From: Octopus vulgaris
Taxonomy: Eukaryota
Reading direction: 5' to 3'
Length of the DNA: 64,000 nt
NCBI GenBank assembly: GCA_951406725.2
Contig: OX597819.1
Location: 59,210,001 to 59,274,000 of the forward strand
A model generated the notes under the pieces. That model did no database searches, was not told where the DNA came from, and worked only from the letters and a program-made list of their open reading frames with translations. A program made the position numbers and the translations under genes. How positions within the stretch are numbered: position 1 is the first letter of the stretch; each line of letters opens with the position of its first letter. This document shows positions 23,797 to 37,216 of the stretch, one piece after another.

Positions 23797-23840
23797 TCAG
23801 TCTGCTGCAGTTTTGCTCTTGTAATTCAACCGATACTGGC
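23797..23840 (-). CDS. ZCCHC14: ZCCHC14/ZCCHC2-family last coding exon
   Basis: ttttcag| phase 1; (G)QYRLNYKSKTAAD*; resembles the GTFRLKY C-terminal motif of vertebrate ZCCHC14/2. Confidence 0.85.
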
Positions 23841-24752
23841 CTGAAAAATATAAATACAAGGAAAATATAAGATACAACAGAAATCAGTACAGTTTACAAG
23901 AGTTAAAAACCAAGAAAAGAACATTGTTAATCACCGGTTCTCCATATTAGCATGGGTAAGCCAAATCAATACAATAGGTTATATTTGTTTTAGCTAGCTT
24001 CATATTACACATTAGAAGTAACATTCTCTGCTGTTCTTCACTTCCCAGTTCCCATACTCAGCATGTATCTTCTTATCTCTCCTATACTCCATTAATACAT
24101 CCATAAGTCCTAAGTTGTTCTCTTGTTATCAAACATTCTCAAGTTTCAATGCTAATGTGACACTTTGAGAGAGAGAGGCAAAAAACAGTACTTTAAATAA
24201 TACATGCTTTCAGTAGCTCCACCACTAGTAACAACTAGGTCTACTCATAGAACGATGAATGAAAGATCTAACTTGATAAAAAATTATCATCCAGAGAAAT
24301 ACCAGAGGTAGTGACTGAAGACAAAGACATTCCCAGCAAAGTGATATTGCAAATATACTAAAACAATGAAAAAGATATGAAACCAGAAGAAAATAAATTG
24401 TTGCTTAAAGCATCAATGTTTGGTTAGAAGCATAAAGAACAATGTACTTTGCTTTTAGGTCCACATTATCAGTGTATCCTTGAGTAGATTAGCTCTGCAT
24501 TCTGAATTCAAATAAACCTTTCTGTTATCAAACAAGCAAATCCTTCGTGACCCAGCAAAAGCAGTGAGTAAGTGGGAAATCCTTAAACAAATACCCAAGT
24601 ATTTTCGTATTTTCAGCTTAATGTTAATACAAGAGAATTTTTAAGTCCTATGCAATTATTTCCTGATGTTATATATATATATATATAAAGGCATTAGCAG
24701 TTAACCACATACTTGCATATCTGATTGTGAGTGTGTGTGTATATGTATACAT

Positions 24753-24804
24753 ATTTATGAGTATTTAAAGCGCAGTGAATTTATGAGTATTTAAAGCGCA
24801 GTGA
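24753..24804. repeat. perfect 26-bp tandem duplication
   Basis: ATTTATGAGTATTTAAAGCGCAGTGA x2. Confidence 0.9.
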
Positions 24805-25837
24805 ATCTGTTATCCAAGAATCTCTACAATGTAGCTATTTCTTGACAAAAGAATTAAATGAATTTAGAAATATTCTTTAAATTTATACTGAAAGGAAAAC
24901 ACCTTCTGTTATAGAGTTTGAAAATGTTCAAGTCTATGCAACTTCACAAGTTACACAAGCATTAGTACCAGAAATTCTTCAAATTCTTCACAAACATCTC
25001 TACTTTGACAGCAACTGAAATCATTTATGACAGTAGTAAGAAGCCTGTCAGCAATAGAACACATGCTGATTGCTCTACTTGTCAGTTCTTACCAACATGT
25101 TATTTTTGCCACATTGCACATTAGCTATGAGGTTAAGTTACCGCAGTAATAAATTTAGTCTTAAGTTCAAACCTTGTAATGGCTAACATGTAATTAGTGT
25201 TTCATTAAATTAAGACATATTACTTCATTTGTTAAATAGCTACCAAGCCAATGTTAGAGTAAAATGGTTAATAGCAGGAAATAAACTTGCATTAATAGCT
25301 TACTAATATGCAATTGTTATGCTAGCATCAGAAAATGGAAAAGAAAATGTGAGAATTAAAATATCAATATTTTCAGAAATATACAATCCATACTTGTATG
25401 GAAAACTGATGGAAACATAATTATCTATGCATTACAGCGACTTGGAAAGTACCTTTCACAATTTTATATGATTTTTGATAGCAATTATGGTGGTATTTGC
25501 TATCACCATAACTGATAAATATTAGCATCTCTCTATACAAGAAATAAAAACACTGAATACAACATCCGAGTCTAACAGTAATACATAATGATATATATAT
25601 AAGATACATTTTGTTGTTGAAGAAGAGTGGTCGACAATACTAAAGCATCTGAGTGGCCCAAGATTAAGCAGTAAGAAGATATGAACGGTCATTCTAGATC
25701 AGACTTCATCATTTAATCAATGCTCTGAATGTGACTATCTTATAATTCAAATCTGAAACCTGTGATTTTTATCACAAAAGCAGAAGGGAATTTGTTACGG
25801 AAAAATTAGTTGTTACATTGAGCAAGTTGGGAAATTA

Positions 25838-26050
25838 CATCATCATCACTATTTAATGTTTGTTTTCCATGCTGGCATGAGATGGATGGTTCACTGGGAG
25901 TTGGTGAGCTAGAGAACTGCACCAAGCTCAAATGTCTGCTTTGGTATGATCTCTATGGCTGGATGCCTTTCATAATGCCAACCAATTTACAGAGTGTACT
26001 GGGTACTTTTTACGCAGCACTGGCACTAGTGAGATCACCAAGTAACTCAC
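25838..26050 (-). mobile_element. RTE 3'-tail-related element
   Basis: (CAT)n..TTTCCATGCTGGCATG..GCTGGATGCC.TTC.TAATGCCAACC motif set. Confidence 0.7.
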
Positions 26051-26474
26051 AAAACAAGATTCTTCAACTGAGAGTGTGCAGTATTGAGGGAGGTGGCTTT
26101 ATGCTAAATGATGAGAGGTTAAAGTATGACAGAGGAACGAAAACAGGCCTCTTGTTGTGTGTGTGGGGGGGAGGGGCATGGTTACCTCAGTGGGAAAAGG
26201 GAAGAAATGGTGATGAAGATGTGTCAGAGTTAAGGAAGTGCCATATTATTTAATATGAAAAAAAGTTGGATATTAATAAGCAAAGCTATTTCATATTAGA
26301 ATTGAAATTTGATCGTCAATAAGCAGAGAGAAAAAAAGTTTCGTTTTTCAGTAAGAATAAACGAAGGACAATAATCTTGAATACAAATCAAAAAAAGCAC
26401 ATAAAAACATATTAGGGTTTAACAAAATGTTTAGTGAAAAATAGATGAATATTTGAAAGAAAGTAATAAGTTAC

Positions 26475-27776
26475 CTGTCATAGCTTCCATAGATGTTTCC
26501 TTGCAATCACTGGCAACATGATCAGATCCTCCACAGTTAAAACACGACCTGCAGTGTTTATTGCTAATCATTGTCATGGTGTACTGTTGTGGTTGTGGTG
26601 GCGTGGCATGTAGACCCAAAGATGCATAGTTACACATCTGGCTCAGCATACATGATGAAGACGTAGAGGATGACGATGATGATACAGCTGCTTGATTTGA
26701 AGAGTTCAAATGCACCAAACTTATGTTAGTAGGGTTGTTATATACGTGATCAGTTGGGATCGCACTAACCAATTGCATTGGGTAGTGAAGTGGTATCAAA
26801 CCATTAGAATTTTGTGGCATGTAGCCCATGTTCCCTGCAAAGGATGGCCAATGGTTAGGAGGGATATTATTGGCTGGTGGAGCCACAGGAGAAGAAATGA
26901 CACCTAATTGATGGTAGCCATCACAGCCACATGTTTTGCACATTCCCGACCGGCCTGTAGAAACTTGGCTCGGAGAACTTGAGTTCAATGTTTGAGATGA
27001 ATAAACGATGGTGTTAGTAATGACACTACTTTGGTTTGAGCATTGTGCAAGGAAGTTCAGAGTGGCCAAGCCACTAGCTTGGTCAGATGAGGATGAACAG
27101 GTTGAATCAGGAGCAGCACTAGGTGGGGACTGAGGTACTGAATTGGAACATATGTTACTATTCTTCATATTACCTATATTTTGTCTTGGTGGTGGACTGG
27201 AATTTGAAGAGCCTGTTGAAACTAGAGCACTAGTTGAGCATGCAACAGCAGTCCGTGTGCATACAGGAATTAAACTCCGCGTCCATGTACCTACTGAATA
27301 GAGAGAATGCTGTGCAGTGTTGTCTGCAGTTGCAAGAACAGAAGTTGGAGTAGTTGAATTAATAACAGTTGTACTCAAATTAGTCATGTCAGAGTTGTGA
27401 TTAAACATTGAAGGCACAATTGGAGTCGTAGATTTGCCATCAGGAGGCATGTTAATCATATTTTTGGGGTTAATTCCTAAATTTGTGTGCGCAGGCTGTG
27501 CCTTGTATGTAGTTCGACCTGTAATAAGATGGTGACGGTGTGGTGGTACAGTTTGTATATTTTCAGAGACAGTATTATAGCCACCTGTTACATTTCCAAA
27601 AGGTAACTGTTGATGGTCAAGGTAAATCTGTTGTATATTCCCTTTCGTCTGATCGTCCACTTGACCTCTGGCTGTAGATTTTAAGAGAGGTTGCTGTGGT
27701 TTCAAGTTGGGTTTACCAAGTTCTTTTTTCCTATAGTCCTGATCATAACACTGTTCAGTCTCCTTACCAGTCTTGA
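26475..27776 (-). CDS. ZCCHC14: ZCCHC14/ZCCHC2-family large exon: S/T/N/P-rich region, CKTCGC motif, CCHC zinc knuckle
   Basis: ttttcag|...ACAG|gtaact; 1302 nt, phase 1/1; CFNCGGSDHVASDC (CX2CX4HX4C) followed by ETSMEA. Confidence 0.9.
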
Positions 27777-28372
27777 CTGAAAAGAAAATGGTACCAAGTG
27801 AGAACAATGATTAAAACGAAAATATGATGGTACAGAAACAAAATATTTATATACATATAAATTTAAATAATAAGGGTACAAAATTGATATTAATTAGATT
27901 AATATCAATTAAAACCATTGGCCCAGCATATTGAAAAAATCAGAAGATTCAGAAAATTATACTACATATATATAAGAGCAATGACCACTAGGTGGACTCC
28001 TAATATGCTAAATGTAGACTCTATATGGTTTGACCACTAAGAAAAATTGATTAGTGTGACTAATCATTATATTTTGTATCTCTTCATTTGTCTTGCTCAC
28101 TTTACATTCTGGCATTTTGCCGAATTTTCTTGAGAACAATTTGAGAACAATTTTTCAAAGCCATTCAGAGGCACTATAAACTAACAACAAGATATTGTTT
28201 TAGTTTCTGAATTTTCTACTACGTTGTGAAACATGAGCAATACAAAATGTCAGTTTTCTCAAATACATATATTCGAAAAGTAACAACTACAAATTACCAT
28301 AACTCCATTACTATCAACAAATCGAGATGAAAAATAAATATAACTTCTCCACTTAGGAAATTAGCATTTATG

Positions 28373-28660
28373 AAGGCATGTGGCATAGCAATCAGAGTAC
28401 TGCGCTCACAATTTCAAGATCTTGATTTTGATTCCAGATTGGGTGGTGCATAATATTCTTGAGCAAAACACCTCATTTCACATTGCTCTGCAATCACATC
28501 AACTCTAACATATGGTACATTGCACAGTTGTACAGGTAATGCTAACATGGTGGATGGAGTAGACCAATGCACACCCCAAACTTTGCATCACTATAAATAT
28601 TCAGGGTACGTTGCTCAGCAAAAAAATTGTGGAACCCCTCACTTGTTATCTAAGACAGGA
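28373..28660 (+). mobile_element. SINE family C, decayed
   Basis: GAAGGCATGTGGC head, TTCTTGAGCAAAACAC..ATTTCACATTGCTC motif. Confidence 0.55.
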
Positions 28661-28973
28661 AAATTATTAATAAGTGTATTTCAATTTTGATTTTTAAAAC
28701 AATTTTTCTATCTGTTCATATGGATATTGTAATTTACAGAATCAGTTAATTAATCCTAACATGAAAATAAATATGGTAAAAATTTATTACAGAATACCAA
28801 TACTAACTGTTACAAATTTTCAAAATCAAAATCAAACTAAAACAAAAAACTGGGATTTAAAAAAATTTTTCATAAACATTTTCTAAAAAGTCTATGCAGT
28901 TTTTTTTTTTCTCTCCATGTTTTCCTCCGTTATATTTTCTGAGAACATGTGCATTAAACAGTTTTATATAACT

Positions 28974-29410
28974 ATTCTGGACGCCAAAATGTTGAAAACA
29001 AAGTTCCAAAGTTCAAGATTATTCAACAATTATCCTCACATAAGATTTGTTCCTATATGTTTAGTAATAGCCACTAGTTTGCGGTTTGTGTTTCTGATTC
29101 TCGACCCCATGTCGAATTTATCGATTTTTTTCAGAACTGGGGGAACTTTTCAAAATTTTCGCTACGTTAGTTTTGAATTATGACATTGGGCTATGTGTGT
29201 GTCAAGTTTCATCAGAATCGGTTAAAAGCCGTGGTCAGGGTGAGGGTACAAGCAAACAGACACACAGAAACACACACAGACAAACTGCCGTTTATATAGA
29301 GAGAGATTCTGGACGCCAAAATGTTGAAAACAAAGTTCCAAAGTTCAGGATTATTCAACAATTATCCTCACATAAGATTTGTTCCTATATGTTTAGTAAT
29401 AGCCACTAGT
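28974..29410 (+). mobile_element. 227-bp Helitron-like 3' fragment (29079-29305) flanked by a 105-bp direct duplication
   Basis: 28974-29078 and 29306-29410 differ at 1 nt; insert has CAAGTTTCATCAGAATCGG, a CAGA/CACA repeat and a TTTATATAGAG end, reminiscent of Lep1-type non-autonomous Helitrons. Confidence 0.6.
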
Positions 29411-30507
29411 GCTTATGGATATTGCATGTGCATGTAAGTATATGCACAATCACCTTAAGAAATTTAAGTAGTCAAGAATCTTGTTACCAGCAGTGTGATA
29501 TTTCATTGACCAAACAATAACCTCTCACAGACAAATTCCATAAAACTCTAAGAGCCTTTTCAAAGGGATACTTATAATTCAACTGGGAAAGCAATGGTGA
29601 TTCAGTGATTTTCTTTCAGAGACAACTTACATTTCTCCTTCTTGAAAAGTTAGGTTCAGGAGAAAATTTCTCTCTCATGCTATGGAAATCAGCACAGGTT
29701 TAGTGGATCACAGAGGTTCATAAAGTGACAAGCATTAAGTACATTTATAAATTCTGATATTCACCACAAAGACAGAACCTCTATCATTATCACTGAACTG
29801 ATAGGATGCAAGCCTGGCTATCTATCTGTCTTTCCATACTCGTGCTATCATACTATGCCATTCATGTTCTCTGTAAAAATTTACCTTGCTTTTGGACTGG
29901 CAGCATTATTAAAGTGTCAGATAAAATGCTTTGCAGTATTTTCTCCAGCTCCTTACATTCTAAATTCAAATTCTGCAAAGGTTGACTTTGTCTTGCATCT
30001 TTCCGGGATCAATAAAATATAATACCAAATACTGGGGTGGATTTAATCAAAGCAGTCCCCTATATTAGAAAATTATTACAGATTCCCCTAACTTTACTTT
30101 CTAATGACAATCTAAAACTTATGCCAGAGTAATTAATCTTTTCAATTTCGCTACAAATTCTCATCTGAAACTACGTTAAAAGCTCTATTTGTAAATGACA
30201 AATCTAAAACCCTTTTAATTAGGTCTTACATCACAATATCTGCAACATTTAGAAGATGGGAAATGTTTTTAACTCAAAATTGATTTTAAATTTAAATACT
30301 ATTGGCCTGTCTTTAGAACGGCCTAAACACACTATCAACATAAACCCTGTCTCTTTATAGTTATAAAAAGAAAAACAAACATCATGAAAACAATATATTT
30401 CATAATCAATGTGAAAAAATATTTATGAATCACAAATATATCGTAAGCAAAACCCAAAAAATCAAACTCCATAAAAAAAGTACATTCAAGTAAAAATCAG
30501 CTTTTAC

Positions 30508-30977
30508 CTCTATCACTATCATCCGATGCAACTGAAGATGAAGAAGCCGGAACTGCAGTGATATTTGTCACTGATGGAGCCCCAGGGCTGGGTGGTTGAC
30601 TGCAGTAGTCAGAACCAACAGGTGAACTGTCAGCAGTACATGATGATACTGAAGGAAGAACACTAGGGGCATGGGGAATATGTGGATAATAAAAATAAGA
30701 GTTATTGACAGCTACAGATTGTGTAATTCCTGCACGAGGACCCTGCTGCTGTGGATGATGATGGTGATGATGATGGTGATGGTGTTGTTGCTGCTGATGC
30801 TGATGTCCAGTTGGAAAAGTTATTTGATATGCATTCTTAATTGCTGAATAAGGGGGCCAGGTCATAGTGGGATGAGAAGGCCCCACATTGGCTGAACACA
30901 CAGGTGGAGGTTGCAATGTTGGTGGCATTCCTGTCAGATTACCATAATCAATTACACCATTTAAATGGCGTTTGTCA
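30508..30977 (-). CDS. ZCCHC14: ZCCHC14/2-family exon with polyQ/polyH and SSPVGSDYCS
   Basis: ttttctag|...AGAG|gtaaaa; 470 nt, phase 2/1, open frame (R)DKRHLNGVIDY...DDSDR. Confidence 0.85.
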
Positions 30978-31912
30978 CTAGAAAATATAAAAAGGGAAAA
31001 ATTAATAAAAAGTTATAAAATGTATCCTGAAAGAAAAGCATTTACTTTACAAAAAGTTAGTGGAGAAGAAATATTTATGACATTAGTTTTCATGGATCTG
31101 ACCAGTCAACTCTTTTGTTGCAATCTGATGGGTGGTCAGCATTAAGAAGGGCATCCAGCCATAAAAACCTTGCTAAAACAGACAGAAGTTTGGTGCAGGC
31201 TCCTGCCTGGCCAACTCTTTATTTCTTTATTGCCCACAAGGGGCTAAACATAGAAGGGACAAACAAGGACAGACAAAGGGATTAAGTCGATTACATTGAT
31301 CCCCAGGGCATAACTGGTACTTAATTTTAAAATTAGAAATAGTATTCTTTTCTTTTTAAGAAGAGGCACTCATGACTTTTGTAGGCCCTTTACATGTAAA
31401 ATGATGCCCTTTACATGTAGGCCCTATTGCATGTAGAATGATGATTGGAGTGGGGAAAAAAACAATATGAGCAGAAAAGGAATACCAGAATCTTGGAGTT
31501 CTGGGCAAAATGATTGGGTAGAGTATTTGATTTGGGTTTTATTAGCTGAGAAACACAGGAGATAAGAAAATGAATAGAGGTAAATACATCAGGGAGGGGA
31601 GTTGTGCATTTTACTGGTCAGAGATGCAGAAACCATAGAAGCAGTAAAGAAAAAAGAGAGAAGAAACAGCACATCTGAAAGCTAATAGCTGTAGTATGTT
31701 AGTGAGTTTTTACCAATCAAATATTTGAATTCAAATGTTTGTATATGTAGTAGCAACACCAGATATATGCTTATTTGTGTAGGAGCAGCACTGTACCAGA
31801 TATATAAGCAGTATTTTAATGCGAGTCACACTTGAGCTTTATAGAATGTAAAGAATTGATCAAACTGAAGTATGTTCTAGTTCTAAAGTAGAAACCAATT
31901 CCTAATACTTAC

Positions 31913-31962
31913 CGACTGTTCTTCTGAATTTCCTGAAAATATAACTTCTCTTCATCTTTGGA
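31913..31962 (-). CDS. ZCCHC14: ZCCHC14/2-family short exon
   Basis: tttcttacag|SKDEEKLYFQEIQKNS(R)|gtaagt; 50 nt bridging phase 0 to phase 2 as the flanking exons require. Confidence 0.75.
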
Positions 31963-32469
31963 CTGTAAGAAATAAAGTAATGTGGCTTTTAACAGGAGTT
32001 CCTTAGAAAATGTGCTTATGTACACTCAGATATAGAACTGTAAAGATCATGTTTAAAGGGGTATTATAGATAAATGTTTTACAATTTTCTAGATAAATTT
32101 CAGGAAAATGTTCTTCAAAAAATTATGGAAAGAGAGAAATAGCATGGGAATATCTTCTATGCAAATATACCTCTACATATATCAACATCATTTTATACCT
32201 GTCGCTTTTTTATTCCCCTATGTTGTCAGGATGGAATATGGTTGTGTGATTCAAAAAGCTTGCTTTTGCAACCATGTGGTTTCAGATTCAATCCTAATGC
32301 ATGGCAGCCTTGGGCAAGTATCTTCTACTGTAACCCTGAGCCTGATAGAACAGTACCAGATTTAACAAAAAAAAATATGTAAGTACCGGGGGGTAATTTG
32401 TTCAACTAACTCCTTCATGGCCATGCCAGAGCATGGCCGCAGTCTAACAACTGAAACAAGAAAAAGATG

Positions 32470-33545
32470 TTCAGATGAGTGACCCATACAGCTCTGGTCA
32501 CATAACAGGTGCAGCAATATCAAGGATGGTTAACAGGGAAAATAGTCTGTGTTGTGGAAGGTGCACAGGTACAAATAAACACTAAAAATGTACAGAAAAT
32601 AGGATCCATCCAATGCCAGGAGGGAAAGCCAGAAGTAGTTGATAGTTTCCATTATCTACATGGCAAAGTCAGTAGTGGAGGTGGATGCTCCAAGAGAGTA
32701 GCTGCTAGAATAAGAATAGGCTGGGCAAAGTTCAAAGAGCTCCTACCTCTGTTGGTAATAAAGGGCCTCTCCCTCAGAGTGAAAAGATTGTATGATGCTT
32801 GAGTGTGAAAAGCTATGCTACATGGTAGTGAAACATGGGCTGTGACTGTTGAGGATATGCGTAGGCTGGATGTGCAGTGTCAATGTGCATGTATGACAGA
32901 GTGTAAGTATCTTGAGAAAAAAGCTGGGCATAAGAAGCATCAGATGTGGTGTGCAAGAGAGATGACTGCGCTGGTATGGCATGTAATGCATACAGATTAG
33001 GACAACCGTGTTAAAAAAGTGCTGATCTCTAACTGTGGAGGGAACCTGTGGAAGAGGTAGACCCAGGAAAATATGGAACAATGTGATGAAGCATGATCTT
33101 TGAATTTTGGGCCTCACAGAGGCAATGACAAGTGACCAAGACCTTTGGCGATATGTCATGCTTGAGAAGACCTATCAAGCCAAGAGAAGCCATAGTCATG
33201 GCAAATGCCAGTGTTATGTGACAGGCACCTGTGTTGGTGGCACATAAAAAGCACCCTTTGAACGCTGGGCTTCACAGATGCAATGACAAGTGACCGAGAC
33301 CATGGCAACATGCTGTGCTTGAGAAGACTCACCAAGCCAACTAAAATTGTAGTCATTGCTGTTGCCTGTGTCATGTAAATGGCACATGAAAAGCACCCAT
33401 TACACTCTCAGAGTGGTTGGTATTAGGAAGGGCATCCAGCCATAGAAACCATGCTAAATCAGACTGGAACTTGGTGCAGCTCTCCAGCTTACCAAGTCAG
33501 CTAATCTATGCCAGCATGGAAAACAGATGCTAAATGATGATGATA
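32470..33545 (+). mobile_element. decayed RTE LINE 3' fragment (same family as 6563-9808)
   Basis: VVDSFHYL..VSSGGGC..ARIRIGWAKFKELLPLLV, MLHGSETWAVT, PHD remnant (WSHNRCSNIK), 3'UTR and (GAT)n tail; frameshifts and stops. Confidence 0.9.
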
Positions 33546-33992
33546 CACACACACACACACACACACATAATACACATAATACACGCCAACTACTTAAATT
33601 GTTCTTTTCCTTCTTCAGTTGTGCCAATGCCACAAAAAAAGCACTCAATGCACCCTGTGAAATAGTTGACATTAGAAAAGACATCCAATTGTAGAAACTA
33701 TGCCAAAGTAGACATTGGAGCTGAGGATCCTGTTAAATAATCCAACCTATGTCTGCATAGAAGGTGACAGTGATATTGAGATAAGTAGCAATTGTATCAA
33801 GAAAATGGTATACCAGTAGAATGAAAAATGAAAGGAATTAAAAATTGAAAATTACATTTTGTTTTCTTTTACACATTAAATTTCCTTTGATTTTAGGAAG
33901 ATGAAAAGCTATAGTCACATCTTTTACAAAAGGATTATATGAACAGGCTGCTTTTAAAAAAAAACATTGCTTTCAAAATAGTGAACACTTAC

Positions 33993-34197
33993 CTCCGGCT
34001 CAAAACTTGTGTGTTTGGAGTTTATTGAAGAACTACCATCTACACTAGCAGGAGAGCCTGACCGGCTGTTGGACTGCTGCAGTGATGAGTGCAATGATGC
34101 AACCACAGGTGGGGGTGACGATGAAGGGGAATACATTGGAGAGATACCCTGGCAGGGAGCATTCAGCTGGTTATTCATCAAGACAGTCCTATTGTTA
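33993..34197 (-). CDS. ZCCHC14: ZCCHC14/2-family S/P-rich exon
   Basis: attgcag|...GAG|gtaagt; 205 nt, phase 2/0; (S)NNRTVLMNNQ...SRSGSPAS...FEPE. Confidence 0.85.
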
Positions 34198-35715
34198 CTG
34201 CAATAATCAGAGTTGAATTAACATATTGAAACAAGATAATGAACATGTTAAAATAAGCTATAATTATACAAATTATAAATGAAGACATATATTGCAACAA
34301 TTTACATTTCAAGATTAAATGATTCACAGCACAAACAAATAATATTTATCTGTGTTATATCCCAAATTTTCAAAACTCTTTGCATTTTCACCATGCTAAC
34401 AAAAACAACTATAAACCTCTGGCTGAAATAGGTGCCACTTTTAGGATGCAGTTAAATTAACAGTAGGAAGGACATCTAGGTGTGAAAACTAAACTTTACA
34501 TATTTAATGTAAGTGTTAAGCAGTTAAAGGATATTAATTGAATAATCATTGTATTAATGTTACCTGTGAAAAGATAAAGCTATAATAGAAAAATCTATTT
34601 TTATTCTATGTGAGAAATGTTTTTAAAAATAAAAAAATTCAGCTCAAGCACAAAACTGAATCTGAAAACAGATAAGTGTTATTCACCAAAACACTCACTC
34701 TTCTGTAAATAATCAAGCAAATGATATTTTAATTATTTATTAATAGAATATCTGTGTAAGTGTGTATATGAAGGTAGGGTGTTTCAACTATAAAAGAAAA
34801 AATTATAAAATAAAAAAACTTTAAGAAAAAAATCATGCTTTTTATGATAAAGTTGATTGGCAAGCCTATTTGATTAAGAAAATATTCATCAATAAATCTA
34901 AATTTATCTCAACAATAGCAAAATAAATTGGTTGAATCACTTTCAAATTCTATTGGCACAAGAGTATTTAAGAATAATTTCTGTTCTGTTTATCAACAAT
35001 ATTTCATTATTTCCTTTCTTAATGTTATGATTGTATATTGGAGAATCTTGTTATTGAGAATAAAATAACTATTGCTAATCTTCAATGCCAAATGTTTATC
35101 TTCTCAGTAACCCTAGTTTTTCTTAATTTTTCTAATGGCTCCTGCTAATATAACTTGATTATTATAAAAGAATTAGTGATTTAGTATCATCAAAATGTTA
35201 AACACTACTGAGTAGATAAGAATAAAAATAACCATATTTTTATGCTGGCAGAGGTGTGATGGTTCTATAAATCTAGAGTTGTTAGAGAAGATGTTTCTAT
35301 TTACATTGGAACATTATATTCAACATCAGTCCATAAGGAGTAAAATTAATATAATTGAAGCAAACAGAGCAACGAATACATCTTACTTAAGTTTTAGGTC
35401 ATTACAGATTCAAAGAGTGCTTTTGTCATAGATACTAAAAATATATTGAAAACATTTTCCTCTCTTCTGAAATAAAACTGGTAACATATAAAATTCCTAA
35501 CTTGTCAATCTTCTGTAATGTCTTCATCACTGCTGATTCAATACCCATTTTTATTTTCCAATTTTCTCCTCAGTCCTGTATCATCTCATTAATGACACCC
35601 AATATCTAAAAATTGGGTCATCCCATCATTTAATTCTTGTATCTTTTTAATTGTCTTGCTCAGGTACCTAACACTGTTGGAACATAGTACTTTTCCGGTA
35701 GTACTCTTTGCCTTT

Positions 35716-35752
<37 letters not shown>

Positions 35753-36486
35753 GTTATCTCTCCTACATCCAGAGATTGACATTCTTAATTATCATCCCTT
35801 CTCTCAGTTCAAATGTGCCTTTGCCTTCCATACATGTTGATGTTATGCATTCAACAAATCATAACCACAAATTTATTTCTATTCAGTTTCCACAGATCCT
35901 CCAAATTCAATGCTCATGTTTCATTAGTATGCCTCACCACTTACAGATATTTCATAAATACCTTTTGCATGGAGAATGTAACTTCTATTAACAATAGCTT
36001 CTTTCATTCTTTTCCTTGCTATAACTATTATGCATTCATTATAACCATTTCCAGCACTAATTAGATCAATTAGTAACAGAACCTATCAACTACATTTGTA
36101 CTATTAAAAGTTGGAATGTAATAAACATCATTTGATATTAAGTCTTTTTATTGTACCAAAGAGTTGTTTACATAACAAATGGTTTAATCATCACTGAAAT
36201 TTACATCCACTCACCATAAAAAAAATTTGAATATGGATGCAAGAAAGTCAATTCCTTTTTTCATCAACTTTGGTAGCTTGTGAGAAACTTTCTTAATACT
36301 TGATTATATACACAATTAAATAACTAGATTTGACTAACAGCTTTGAAGTTAAGGTGCTGTACTATCGACCATATCATCAAGTTCAAATGTTTTCATTAGT
36401 TACCCTCCACAACAAGAATCATCATCTTGCACTCTACAAGTTCATCTAATCTTAACATGAACTTTATTTCGTTTTCAGAGAAGATA

Positions 36487-36830
36487 TTGGTTTCAAATTT
36501 TTGACACAAGGCTAGCAATTTCAGGGAAGAGGTTAAGTTGATTATATTGACCCTAGTACTTGACTGGTACTTCTTTTCTACTATAGGCACAAGAACTGAA
36601 ATTTTGGGGGAGGGGGGGGGGCTAGTCAATTACATCGACCTCAGTATGCAACTGGTACTTAATTTATCGACCCTGAAAAGATGAAAGGCAAAGTCAACCT
36701 TGACTGGTACTTATTAAAGATGGAAATCAAAGTCAACATAAGTGGAATTTGAACTCAGAATGTAAAGGCAGATGAAATGCTGCTAAGCATTTTGTCCAGT
36801 ATGCTAACAATTCTGCCAGCTCACCACTTT
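36487..36830 (-). mobile_element. nested or rearranged SINE family A copies
   Basis: ACTGGTACTT core appears three times; head at ~36825. Confidence 0.7.
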
Positions 36831-37137
36831 TCAGGGAAAATTTTAACAAGCTTTTATGGCTAAATTTCAAAGAAAAATTTTTGAGAAAAGTAAGGCAACT
36901 GAGGCAAAATATGAACACCGTTTTAAACATATTTTATACATACTGACTTAGAATAAGGACTTCCAATAGAAAGAGACAATGGTTGCAAAGTTCAAATCTT
37001 ATTTCAGCCACTGTGATGTACTATGGGATAAGCCACATAATCTAACAGATTACACACTCAGCTTTCATGGCTGAGCAGTTCACAGAAAAAATATGTAAAG
37101 AGTTAAAAAGTAGAATGGTAACAAAAGAAATTATTAC

Positions 37138-37216
37138 CTGTAATTATTTGATGGTAATTGAGAATGATGTGGATTGTAATATGTAGATTGATGATGCTGT
37201 CGATTACCGAGTTCCC
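37138..37216 (-). CDS. ZCCHC14: ZCCHC14/2-family exon
   Basis: tttttcag|...CAG|gtaata; 79 nt, phase 1/2; (G)ELGNRQHHQSTYYNPHHSQLPSNNY. Confidence 0.75.

Noticed and set aside
28974-29410. TRIM / mini-LTR retrotransposon
   Set aside because: Direct repeats lack TG..CA termini, a PBS and an outer TSD
35387-35434. Possible 48-nt poison exon on the - strand (ttttag|...|gtaaga, in-frame TGA)
   Set aside because: Such motifs arise by chance in AT-rich introns; the flanking exons already join in phase; no supporting evidence
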